22,715 nucleotides of DNA, taken from contig NEEC01000191.1 in the NCBI GenBank assembly GCA_002189035.1, positions 1 through 22,715 of the forward strand. Direction: 5' to 3'. This DNA comes from Utricularia gibba (lineage: Eukaryota > Plantae > Magnoliophyta). The notes beneath the pieces were generated by a model. It was not told where the DNA came from. It did no database searches and saw only the letters and a program-made list of their open reading frames with translations. Below, piece after piece: positions 1 through 11,617 of the stretch (position 1 is its first letter; each line of letters starts with the position of its first letter). The translations under genes and the position numbers were made by a program.

Positions 1-3000
1 TTTATTTGCCGGACTACAACTAACTCTCGGTGCAAGCCAACATTACCTTTGTCCCGTTCCAGGTGCACCCAAAGACCGCCTGCTCAAGTATAAAGTAAGT
101 TGTTGAAAAAAATCATGTGGGGTGCACGTGACATCATAATTTAAACAAATGCATCATTTTTTTAATCGATTTGCATCCAGTTGACCTCATGAGCCATACA
201 GAATCGGGTCAAGGACCAAGTTCCCAGCGAGACTGGCCGCCACAAAACGAGAAGCGGTTCCTTGAAAAACCATGTAGGCAGCCCCCGAAAACCGAACGAT
301 AATAAATACATCACTTTATTTGCCAGACTACAACTAACTCTCGTGCAAGCCAAACATTACCTTTGTCCCGTTCCAGGTGCCCAAAGACCGCCTGCTCAAG
401 TATAAAGTAAGTTGTTGAAAAAATCATGTGGGGTGCACGTGACATCATAATTTAAACAAATGCATCATTTTTTTTAATCGATTTGCATCCAGTTGACCTC
501 ATGAGCCATACAGAATCGGGGTCAAGGACCAAGTTCCCAGCGAGACTGGCCGCCACAAAACGAGAAGCGGTTCCTTGAAAAACCATGTAGGCAGCCCCCG
601 AAAACCGAACGATAATAAATACATCACTTTATTTGCCGACTACAACTAACTCTCGGTGCAAGCCAAACATTACCTTTGTCCCGTTCCAGGTGCACCCAAA
701 GACCGCCTGCTCAAGTATAAAGTAAGTTGTTGAAAAAATCATGTGGGGTGCACGTGACATCATAATTTAAACAAATGCATCATTTTTTTTAATCGATTTG
801 CATCCAGTTGACCTCATGAGCCATACAGAATCGGGGTCAAGGACCAAGTTCCCAGCGAGACTGGCCGCCACAAAACGAGAAGCGTTCCTTGAAAAACCAT
901 GTAGGCAGCCCCCGAAAACCGAACGATAATAAATACATCACTTTATTTGCCGGACTACAACTAACTCTCGGTGCAAGCCAAACATTACCTTTGTCCCGTT
1001 CCAGGTGCACCCAAAGACCGCCTGCTCAAGTATAAAGTAAGTTGTTGAAAAAATCATGTGGGGTGCACGTGACATCATAATTTAAACAAATGCATCATTT
1101 TTTTTAATCGATTTGCATCCAGTTGACCTCATGAGCCATACAGAATCGGGTCAAGGACCAAGTTCCCAGCGAGACTGGCCGCACAAAACGAGAAGCGGTT
1201 CCTTGAAAAACCATGTAGGCAGCCCCCGAAAACCGAACGATAATAAATACATCACTTTATTTGCCACTACAACTAACTCTCGGTGCAAGCCAAACATTAC
1301 CTTTGTCCCGTTCCAGGTGCACCCAAAGACCGCCTGCTCAAGTATAAAGTAAGTTGTTGAAAAAATCATGTGGGGTGCACGTGACATCATAATTTAAACA
1401 AATGCATCATTTTTTTTAATCGATTTGCATCCAGTTGACCTCATGAGCCATACAGAATCGGGGTCAAGGACCAAGTTCCCAGCGAGACTGGCCGCCACAA
1501 AACGAGAAGCGGTTCCTTGAAAAACCATGTAGGCAGCCCCCGAAAACCGAACGATAATAAATACATCACTTTATTTGCCGGACTACAACTAACTCTCGGT
1601 GCAAGCCAAACATTACCTTTGTCCCGTTCCAGGCACCCAAAGACCGCCTGCTCAAGTATAAAGTAAGTTGTTGAAAAAATCATGTGGGGTGCACGTGACA
1701 TCATAATTTAAACAAATGCATCATTTTTTTTAATCGATTTGCATCCAGTTGACCTCATGAGCCATACAGAATCGGGGTCAAGGACCAAGTTCCCAGCGAG
1801 ACTGGCCGCCACAAAACGAGAAGCGGTTCCTTGAAAAACCATGTAGGCAGCCCCGAAAACCGAACGATAATAAATACATCACTTTATTTGCCGGACTACA
1901 ACTAACTCTCGGTGCAAGCCAAACAACCTTTGTCCGTTCCAGGTGCACCCAAAGACCGCCTGCTCAAGTATAAAGTAAGTTGTTGAAAAAATCATGTGGG
2001 TGCACGTGACATCATAATTTAAACAAATGCATCATTTTTTTTAATCGATTTGCATCCAGTTGACCTCATGAGCCATACAGAATCGGGGTCAAGGACCAAG
2101 TTCCCAGCGAGACTGGCCGCCACAAAACGAGAAGCGGTTCCTTGAAAAACCATGTAGGCAGCCCCGAAAACCGAACGATAATAAATACATCACTTTATTT
2201 GCCGGACTACAACTAACTCTCGGTGCAAGCCAAACATTACCTTTGTCCCGTTCCAGGTGCACCCAAAGACCGCCTGCTCAAGTATAAAGTAAGTTGTTGA
2301 AAAAATCATGTGGGGTGCACGTGACATCATAATTTAAACAAATGCATCATTTTTTTTAATCGATTTGCATCCAGTTGACCTCATGAGCCATACAGAATCG
2401 GGGTCAAGGACCAAGTTCCCAGCGAGACTGGCCGCCACAAAACGAGAAGCGGTTCCTTGAAAAACCATGTAGGCAGCCCCCGAAAACCGAACGATAATAA
2501 ATACATCACTTTATTTGCCGGACTACAACTAACTCTCGGTGCAAGCCAAACATTACCTTTGTCCCGTTCCAGGTGCACCCAAAGACCGCCTGCTCAAGTA
2601 TAAAGTAAGTTGTTGAAAAAATCATGTGGGTGCACGTGACATCATAATTTAAACAAATGCATCATTTTTTTTAATCGATTTGCATCCAGTTGACCTCATG
2701 AGCCATACAGAATCGGGGTCAAGGACCAAGTTCCCAGCGAGACTGGCCGCCACAAAACGAGAAGCGGTTCCTTGAAAAACCATGTAGGCAGCCCCCGAAA
2801 ACCGAACGATAATAAATACATCACTTTATTTGCCGGACTACAACTAACTCTCGGTGCAAGCCAAACTTACCTTTGTCCCGTTCCAGGTGCACCCAAAGAC
2901 CGCCTGCTCAAGTATAAAGTAAGTTGTTGAAAAAATCATGTGGGGTGCACGTGACATCATAATTTAAACAAATGCATCATTTTTTTTAATCGATTTGCAT

Positions 3001-5458
3001 CCAGTTGACCTCATGAGCCATACAGAATCGGGTCAAGGACCAAGTTCCCAGCGAGACTGGCCGCCACAAAACGAGAAGCGGTTCCTTGAAAAACCATGTA
3101 GGCAGCCCCGAAAACCGAACGATAATAAATACATCACTTTATTTGCCGGACTACAACTAACTCTCGGTGCAAGCCAAACATTACCTTTGTCCCGTTCCAG
3201 GTGCACCCAAAGACCGCCTGCTCAAGTATAAAGTAAGTTGTTGAAAAAATCATGTGGGGTGCACGTGACATCATAATTTAAACAAATGCATCATTTTTTT
3301 TAATCGATTTGCATCCAGTTGACCTCATGAGCCATACAGAATCGGGGTCAAGGACCAAGTTCCCAGCGAGACTGGCCGCCACAAAACGAGAAGCGGTTCC
3401 TTGAAAAACCATGTAGGCAGCCCCCGAAAACCGAACGATAATAAATACATCACTTTATTTGCCGACTACAACTAACTCTCGGTGCAAGCCAAACATTACC
3501 TTTGTCCCGTTCCAGGTGCACCCAAAGACCGCCTGCTCAAGTATAAAGTAAGTTGTTGAAAAAATCATGTGGGGTGCACGTGACATCATAATTTAAAAAA
3601 TGCATCATTTTTTTTAATCGATTTGCATCCAGTTGACCTCATGAGCCATACAGAATCGGGTCAAGGACCAAGTTCCAGCGAGACTGGCCGCCACAAAACG
3701 AGAAGCGTTCCTTGAAAAACCATGTAGGCAGCCCCCGAAAACCGAACGATAATAAATACATCACTTTATTTGCCGGACTACAACTAACTCTCGGTGCAAG
3801 CCAAACATTACCTTTGTCCCGTTCCAGGTGCACCCAAAGACCGCCTGCTCAAGTATAAAGTAAGTTGTTGAAAAAATCATGTGGGGTGCACGTGACATCA
3901 TAATTTAAACAAATGCATCATTTTTTTTAATCGATTTGCATCCAGTTGACCTCATGAGCCATACAGAATCGGGGTCAAGGACCAAGTTCCCAGCGAGACT
4001 GGCCGCCACAAAACGAGAAGCGGTTCCTTGAAAAACCATGTAGGCAGCCCCCGAAAACCGAACGATAATAAATACATCACTTTATTTGCCGACTACAACT
4101 AACTCTCGGTGCAAGCCAAACATTACCTTTGTCCCGTTCCAGGTGCACCCAAAGACCGCCTGCTCAAGTATAAAGTAAGTTGTTGAAAAAATCATGTGGG
4201 GTGCACGTGACATCATAATTTAAACAAATGCATCATTTTTTTAATCGATTTGCATCCAGTTGACCTCATGAGCCATACAGAATCGGGGTCAAGGACCAAG
4301 TTCCCAGCGAGACTGGCCGCCACAAAACGAGAAGCGGTTCCTTGAAAAACCATGTAGGCAGCCCCCGAAAACCGAACGATAATAAATACATCACTTTATT
4401 TGCCGACTACAACTAACTCTCGGTGCAAGCCAAACATTACCTTTGTCCCGTTCCAGGTGCACCCAAAGACCGCCTGCTCAAGTATAAAGTAAGTTGTTGA
4501 AAAAATCATGTGGGGTGCACGTGACATCATAATTTAAACAAATGCATCATTTTTTTAATCGATTTGCATCCAGTTGACCTCATGAGCCATACAGAATCGG
4601 GTCAAGGACCAAGTTCCAGCGAGACTGGCCGCCACAAAACGAGAAGCGTTCCTTGAAAAACCATGTAGGCAGCCCCGAAAACCGAACGATAATAAATACA
4701 TCACTTTATTTGCCGGACTACAACTAACTCTCGGTGCAAGCCAAACATTACCTTTGTCCCGTTCCAGGTGCACCCAAAGACCGCCTGCTCAAGTATAAAG
4801 TAAGTTGTTGAAAAAATCATGTGGGGTGCACGTGACATCATAATTTAAACAAATGCATCATTTTTTTTAATCGATTTGCATCCAGTTGACCTCATGAGCC
4901 ATACAGAATCGGGGTCAAGGACCAAGTTCCCAGCGAGACTGGCCGCCACAAAACGAGAAGCGGTTCCTTGAAAAACCATGTAGGCAGCCCCCGAAAACCG
5001 AACGATAATAAATACATCACTTTATTTGCCGACTACAACTAACTCTCGGTGCAAGCCAAACATTACCTTTGTCCCGTTCCAGGTGCACCCAAAGACCGCC
5101 TGCTCAAGTATAAAGTAAGTTGTTGAAAAAATCATGTGGGGTGCACGTGACATCATAATTTAAACAAATGCATCATTTTTTTTAATCGATTTGCATCCAG
5201 TTGACCTCATGAGCCATACAGAATCGGGGTCAAGGACCAAGTTCCCAGCGAGACTGGCCGCCACAAAACGAGAAGCGGTTCCTTGAAAAACCATGTAGGC
5301 AGCCCCGAAAACCGAACGATAATAAATACATCACTTTATTTGCCGGACTACAACTAACTCTCGGTGCAAGCCAAACATTACCTTTGTCCCGTTCCAGGTG
5401 CACCCAAAGACCGCCTGCTCAAGTATAAAGTAAGTTGTTGAAAAAATCATGTGGGGTG

Positions 5459-5466
5459 CACGTGAC
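5459..5466 (-). promoter_or_regulatory. E-box / CDEI-type motif GTCACGTG (one per unit; function unproven)
   Basis: CACGTGAC on + is GTCACGTG on -, an exact match to RTCACRTG. Sequence match only. Confidence 0.3.
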
Positions 5467-5503
5467 ATCATAATTTAAACAAATGCATCATTTTTTTTAA
5501 TCG

Positions 5504-5511
5504 ATTTGCAT
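5504..5511 (+). promoter_or_regulatory. Octamer motif ATTTGCAT (one per intact A unit; function unproven)
   Basis: Exact match to the POU/Oct octamer. Sequence match only. Confidence 0.25.
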
Positions 5512-8500
5512 CCAGTTGACCTCATGAGCCATACAGAATCGGGGTCAAGGACCAAGTTCCCAGCGAGACTGGCCGCCACAAAACGAGAAGCGGTTCCTTG
5601 AAAAACCATGTAGGCAGCCCCCGAAAACCGAACGATAATAAATACATCACTTTATTTGCCGGACTACAACTAACTCTCGGTGCAAGCCAAACATTACCTT
5701 TGTCCCGTTCCAGGTGCACCCAAAGACCGCCTGCTCAAGTATAAAGTAAGTTGTTGAAAAAATCATGTGGGGTGCACGTGACATCATAATTTAAACAAAT
5801 GCATCATTTTTTTTAATCGATTTGCATCCAGTTGACCTCATGAGCCATACAGAATCGGGGTCAAGGACCAAGTTCCCAGCGAGACTGGCCGCCACAAAAC
5901 GAGAAGCGGTTCCTTGAAAAACCATGTAGGCAGCCCCCGAAAACCGAACGATAATAAATACATCACTTTATTTGCCGGACTACAACTAACTCTCGGTGCA
6001 AGCCAAACATTACCTTTGTCCCGTTCCAGGTGCACCCAAAGACCGCCTGCTCAAGTATAAAGTAAGTTGTTGAAAAAATCATGTGGGGTGCACGTGACAT
6101 CATAATTTAAAAAATGCATCATTTTTTTAATCGATTTGCATCCAGTTGACCTCATGAGCCATACAGAATCGGGTCAAGGACCAAGTTCCCAGCGAGACTG
6201 GCCGCCACAAAACGAGAAGCGGTTCCTTGAAAAACCATGTAGGCAGCCCCGAAAACCGAACGATAATAAATACATCACTTTATTTGCCGGACTACAACTA
6301 ACTCTCGGTGCAAGCCAAACATTACCTTTGTCCCGTTCCAGGTGCACCCAAAGACCGCCTGCTCAAGTATAAAGTAAGTTGTTGAAAAAATCATGTGGGG
6401 TGCACGTGACATCATAATTTAAACAAATGCATCATTTTTTTTAATCGATTTGCATCCAGTTGACCTCATGAGCCATACAGAATCGGGTCAAGGACCAAGT
6501 TCCCAGCGAGACTGGCCGCCACAAAACGAGAAGCGGTTCCTTGAAAAACCATGTAGGCAGCCCCGAAAACCGAACGATAATAAATACATCACTTTATTTG
6601 CCGGACTACAACTAACTCTCGGTGCAAGCCAAACATTACCTTTGTCCCGTTCCAGGTGCACCCAAAGACCGCCTGCTCAAGTATAAAGTAAGTTGTTGAA
6701 AAAATCATGTGGGGTGCACGTGACATCATAATTTAAACAAATGCATCATTTTTTTTAATCGATTTGCATCCAGTTGACCTCATGAGCCATACAGAATCGG
6801 GTCAAGGACCAAGTTCCCAGCGAGACTGGCCGCCACAAAACGAGAAGCGGTTCCTTGAAAAACCATGTAGGCAGCCCCCGAAAACCGAACGATAATAAAT
6901 ACATCACTTTATTTGCCGGACTACAACTAACTCTCGGTGCAAGCCAAACATTACCTTTGTCCCGTTCCAGGTGCACCCAAAGACCGCCTGCTCAAGTATA
7001 AAGTAAGTTGTTGAAAAAATCATGTGGGGTGCACGTGACATCATAATTTAAACAAATGCATCATTTTTTTTAATCGATTTGCATCCAGTTGACCTCATGA
7101 GCCATACAGAATCGGGTCAAGGACCAAGTTCCCAGCGAGACTGGCCGCCACAAAACGAGAAGCGGTTCCTTGAAAAACCATGTAGGCAGCCCCCGAAAAC
7201 CGAACGATAATAAATACATCACTTTATTTGCCGGACTACAACTAACTCTCGGTGCAAGCCAAACATTACCTTTGTCCCGTTCCAGGTGCACCCAAAGACC
7301 GCCTGCTCAAGTATAAAGTAAGTTGTTGAAAAAATCATGTGGGGTGCACGTGACATCATAATTTAAACAAATGCATCATTTTTTTTAATCGATTTGCATC
7401 CAGTTGACCTCATGAGCCATACAGAATCAAGGACCAAGTTCCCAGCGAGACTGGCCGCCACAAAACGAGAAGCGGAAAAACCATGTAGGCAGCCCCCGAA
7501 AACCGAACGATAATAAATACATCACTTTATTTGCCGGACTACAACTAACTCTCGGTGCAAGCCAAACATTACCTTTGTCCCGTTCCAGGTGCACCCAAAG
7601 ACCGCCTGCTCAAGTATAAAGTAAGTTGTTGAAAAAATCATGTGGGGTGCACGTGACATCATAATTTAAACAAATGCATCATTTTTTTTAATCGATTTGC
7701 ATCCAGTTGACCTCATGAGCCATACAGAATCGGGTCAAGGACCAAGTTCCCAGCGAGACTGGCCGCCACAAAACGAGAAGCGGTTCCTTGAAAAACCATG
7801 TAGGCAGCCCCGAAAACCGAACGATAATAAATACATCACTTTATTTGCCGGACTACAACTAACTCTCGGTGCAAGCCAAACATTACCTTTGTCCCGTTCC
7901 AGGTGCACCCAAAGACCGCCTGCTCAAGTATAAAGTAAGTTGTTGAAAAAATCATGTGGGGTGCACGTGACATCATAATTTAAACAAATGCATCATTTTT
8001 TTTAATCGATTTGCATCCAGTTGACCTCATGAGCCATACAGAATCGGGTCAAGGACCAAGTTCCCAGCGAGACTGGCCGCCACAAAACGAGAAGCGGTTC
8101 CTTGAAAAACCATGTAGGCAGCCCCCGAAAACCGAACGATAATAAATACATCACTTTATTTGCCGGACTACAACTAACTCTCGGTGCAAGCCAAACATTA
8201 CCTTTGTCCCGTTCCAGGTGCACCCAAAGACCGCCTGCTCAAGTATAAAGTAAGTTGTTGAAAAAATCATGTGGGGTGCACGTGACATCATAATTTAAAC
8301 AAATGCATCATTTTTTTTAATCGATTTGCATCCAGTTGACCTCATGAGCCATACAGAATCGGGTCAAGGACCAAGTTCCCAGCGAGACTGGCCGCCACAA
8401 AACGAGAAGCGGTTCCTTGAAAAACCATGTAGGCAGCCCCCGAAAACCGAACGATAATAAATACATCACTTTATTTGCCGGACTACAACTAACTCTCGGT

Positions 8501-10481
8501 GCAAGCCAAACATTACCTTTGTCCCGTTCCAGGTGCACCCAAAGACCGCCTGCTCAAGTATAAAGTAAGTTGTTGAAAAAATCATGTGGGGTGCACGTGA
8601 CATCATAATTTAAACAAATGCATCATTTTTTTTAATCGATTTGCATCCAGTTGACCTCATGAGCCATACAGAATCGGGTCAAGGACCAAGTTCCCAGCGA
8701 GACTGGCCGCCACAAAACGAGAAGCGGTTCCTTGAAAAACCATGTAGGCAGCCCCCGAAAACCGAACGATAATAAATACATCACTTTATTTGCCGGACTA
8801 CAACTAACTCTCGGTGCAAGCCAAACATTACCTTTGTCCCGTTCCAGGTGCACCCAAAGACCGCCTGCTCAAGTATAAAGTAAGTTGTTGAAAAAATCAT
8901 GTGGGTGCACGTGACATCATAATTTAAACAAATGCATCATTTTTTTTAATCGATTTGCATCCAGTTGACCTCATGAGCCATACAGAATCGGGTCAAGGAC
9001 CAAGTTCCCAGCGAGACTGGCCGCCACAAAACGAGAAGCGGTTCCTTGAAAAACCATGTAGGCAGCCCCCGAAAACCGAACGATAATAAATACATCACTT
9101 TATTTGCCGGACTACAACTAACTCTCGGTGCAAGCCAAACATTACCTTTGTCCGTTCCAGGTGCACCCAAAGACCGCCTGCTCAAGTATAAAGTAAGTTG
9201 TTGAAAAAATCATGTGGGTGCACGTGACATCATAATTTAAACAAATGCATCATTTTTTTTAATCGATTTGCATCCAGTTGACCTCATGAGCCATACAGAA
9301 TCGGGGTCAAGGACCAAGTTCCCAGCGAGACTGGCCGCCACAAAACGAGAAGCGGTTCCTTGAAAAACCATGTAGGCAGCCCCCGAAACCGAACGATAAT
9401 AAATACATCACTTTATTTGCCGGACTACAACTAACTCTCGGTGCAAGCCAAACATTACCTTTGTCCCGTTCCAGGTGCACCCAAAGACCGCCTGCTCAAG
9501 TATAAAGTAAGTTGTTGAAAAAATCATGTGGGGTGCACGTGACATCATAATTTAAACAAATGCATCATTTTTTTTAATCGATTTGCATCCAGTTGACCTC
9601 ATGAGCCATACAGAATCGGGGTCAAGGACCAAGTTCCCAGCGAGACTGGCCGCCACAAAACGAGAAGCGGTTCCTTGAAAAACCATGTAGGCAGCCCCCG
9701 AAAACCGAACGATAATAAATACATCACTTTATTTGCCGACTACAACTAACTCTCGGTGCAAGCCAAACATTACCTTTGTCCCGTTCCAGGTGCACCCAAA
9801 GACCGCCTGCTCAAGTATAAAGTAAGTTGTTGAAAAAATCATGTGGGGTGCACGTGACATCATAATTTAAACAAATGCATCATTTTTTTTAATCGATTTG
9901 CATCCAGTTGACCTCATGAGCCATACAGAATCGGGTCAAGGACCAAGTTCCCAGCGAGACTGGCCGCCACAAAACGAGAAGCGGTTCCTTGAAAAACCAT
10001 GTAGGCAGCCCCCGAAAACCGAACGATAATAAATACATCACTTTATTTGCCGGACTACAACTAACTCTCGGTGCAAGCCAAACATTACCTTTGTCCCGTT
10101 CCAGGTGCACCCAAAGACCGCCTGCTCAAGTATAAAGTAAGTTGTTGAAAAAATCATGTGGGGTGCACGTGACATCATAATTTAAACAAATGCATCATTT
10201 TTTTTAATCGATTTGCATCCAGTTGACCTCATGAGCCATACAGAATCGGGGTCAAGGACCAAGTTCCCAGCGAGACTGGCCGCCACAAAACGAGAAGCGG
10301 TTCCTTGAAAAACCATGTAGGCAGCCCCCGAAAACCGAACGATAATAAATACATCACTTTATTTGCCGGACTACAACTAACTCTCGGTGCAAGCCAAACA
10401 TTACCTTTGTCCCGTTCCAGGTGCACCCAAAGACCGCCTGCTCAAGTATAAAGTAAGTTGTTGAAAAAATCATGTGGGGTG

Positions 10482-10985
10482 CACGTGACATCATAATTTA
10501 AACAAATGCATCATTTTTTTTAATCGATTTGCATCCAGTTGACCTCATGAGCCATACAGAATCGGTTTCCCAAGACTGATTCCCCATCCAAAACCGTAAT
10601 AAATACATCACTTTATTTGCCGGACTACAACTAACATTACCTTTGAGGTGCACCCAAAGACCGCCTGCTCAAGTATAAAGTAAGTTGTTGAAAAAATCAT
10701 GTGGGGTGCACGTGACATCATAATTTAAACAAATGCATCATTTTTTTAAAATCAAGGCCATACCAAGTTCCCAGCGAGACTGGCCGCCACAAAACGAGAA
10801 GCGGTTCCTTGAAAAACCATGTAGGCAGCCCCCGAAAACCGAACGATAATAAATACATCACTTTATTTGCCGGACTACAACTAACTCTCGGTGCAAGCCA
10901 AACATTACCTTTGTCCCGTTCCAGGTGCACCCAAAGACCGCCTGCTCAAGTATAAAGTAAGTTGTTGAAAAAATCATGTGGGGTG
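10482..10985. repeat. Two adjacent degenerate units (227 and 277 bp)
   Basis: Multiple deletions and a scrambled stretch at ~10565-10595; marker spacing is 227 and 277. Confidence 0.8.
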
Positions 10986-11617
10986 CACGTGACATCATAA
11001 TTTAAACAAATGCATCATTTTTTTTAATCGATTTGCATCCAGTTGACCTCATGAGCCATACAGAATCGGGGTCAAGGACCAAGTTCCCAGCGAGACTGGC
11101 CGCCACAAAACGAGAAGCGGTTCCTTGAAAAACCATGTAGGCAGCCCCCGAAAACCGAACGATAATAAATACATCACTTTATTTGCCGGACTACAACTAA
11201 CTCTCGGTGCAAGCCAAACATTACCTTTGTCCCGTTCCAGGTGCACCCAAAGACCGCCTGCTCAAGTATAAAGTAAGTTGTTGAAAAAATCATGTGGGGT
11301 GCACGTGACATCATAATTTAAACAAATGCATCATTTTTTTTAATCGATTTGCATCCAGTTGACCTCATGAGCCATACAGAATCGGGGTCAAGGACCAAGT
11401 TCCCAGCGAGACTGGCCGCCACAAAACGAGAAGCGGTTCCTTGAAAAACCATGTAGGCAGCCCCCGAAAACCGAACGATAATAAATACATCACTTTATTT
11501 GCCGGACTACAACTAACTCTCGGTGCAAGCCAAACATTACCTTTGTCCCGTTCCAGGTGCACCCAAAGACCGCCTGCTCAAGTATAAAGTAAGTTGTTGA
11601 AAAAATCATGTGGGGTG

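Larger units (their letters stand above)
5459..5774. repeat. Representative full-length type-A unit (316 bp)
   Basis: CACGTG starts at 5459 and again at 5775. Hand count gives 79 C + 62 G of 316 (44.6% GC) and 14 CpG. Confidence 0.95.

Noticed and set aside
5589-5600. tRNA or SINE B-box (GGTTC...)
   Set aside because: It reads GGTTCCTTG rather than GGTTCGANNCC, with no A-box or cloverleaf.
5521-5630. Hammerhead-ribozyme satellite or viroid-like concatemer (unit size resembles newt and schistosome ribozyme satellites)
   Set aside because: No CUGANGA core on either strand of A. The nearest match, CTCATGAG, lacks the essential G and has no stem II followed by GAAA. No rod-like self-complementarity is evident.
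5578-5630. Local resemblance to grass centromeric repeats CentC/CentO as I recall them
   Set aside because: It rests on memory, needs several gaps, and the resembling words fall in conflicting orientations. A BLASTN against satellite databases would settle it; colinear similarity over a full ~156-bp half would revive it.
5619-5632. CENP-B box-like TTCGGTTTTCGGG on the minus strand
   Set aside because: TTCG and CGGG are 5 nt apart rather than the required 7.
5526-5733. 5S rRNA-like words GCCATAC and AGACCGCCTG
   Set aside because: They are ~195 bp apart instead of ~80, with no intervening similarity or internal control region.
5668-5751. Spliced-leader RNA gene (AACTAAC as in kinetoplastid SL; GCTCAAG as in dinoflagellate SL)
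   Set aside because: Matches are only ~7 nt, the two belong to unrelated SL families, the donor context is AAA|GT, and I see no convincing Sm site.
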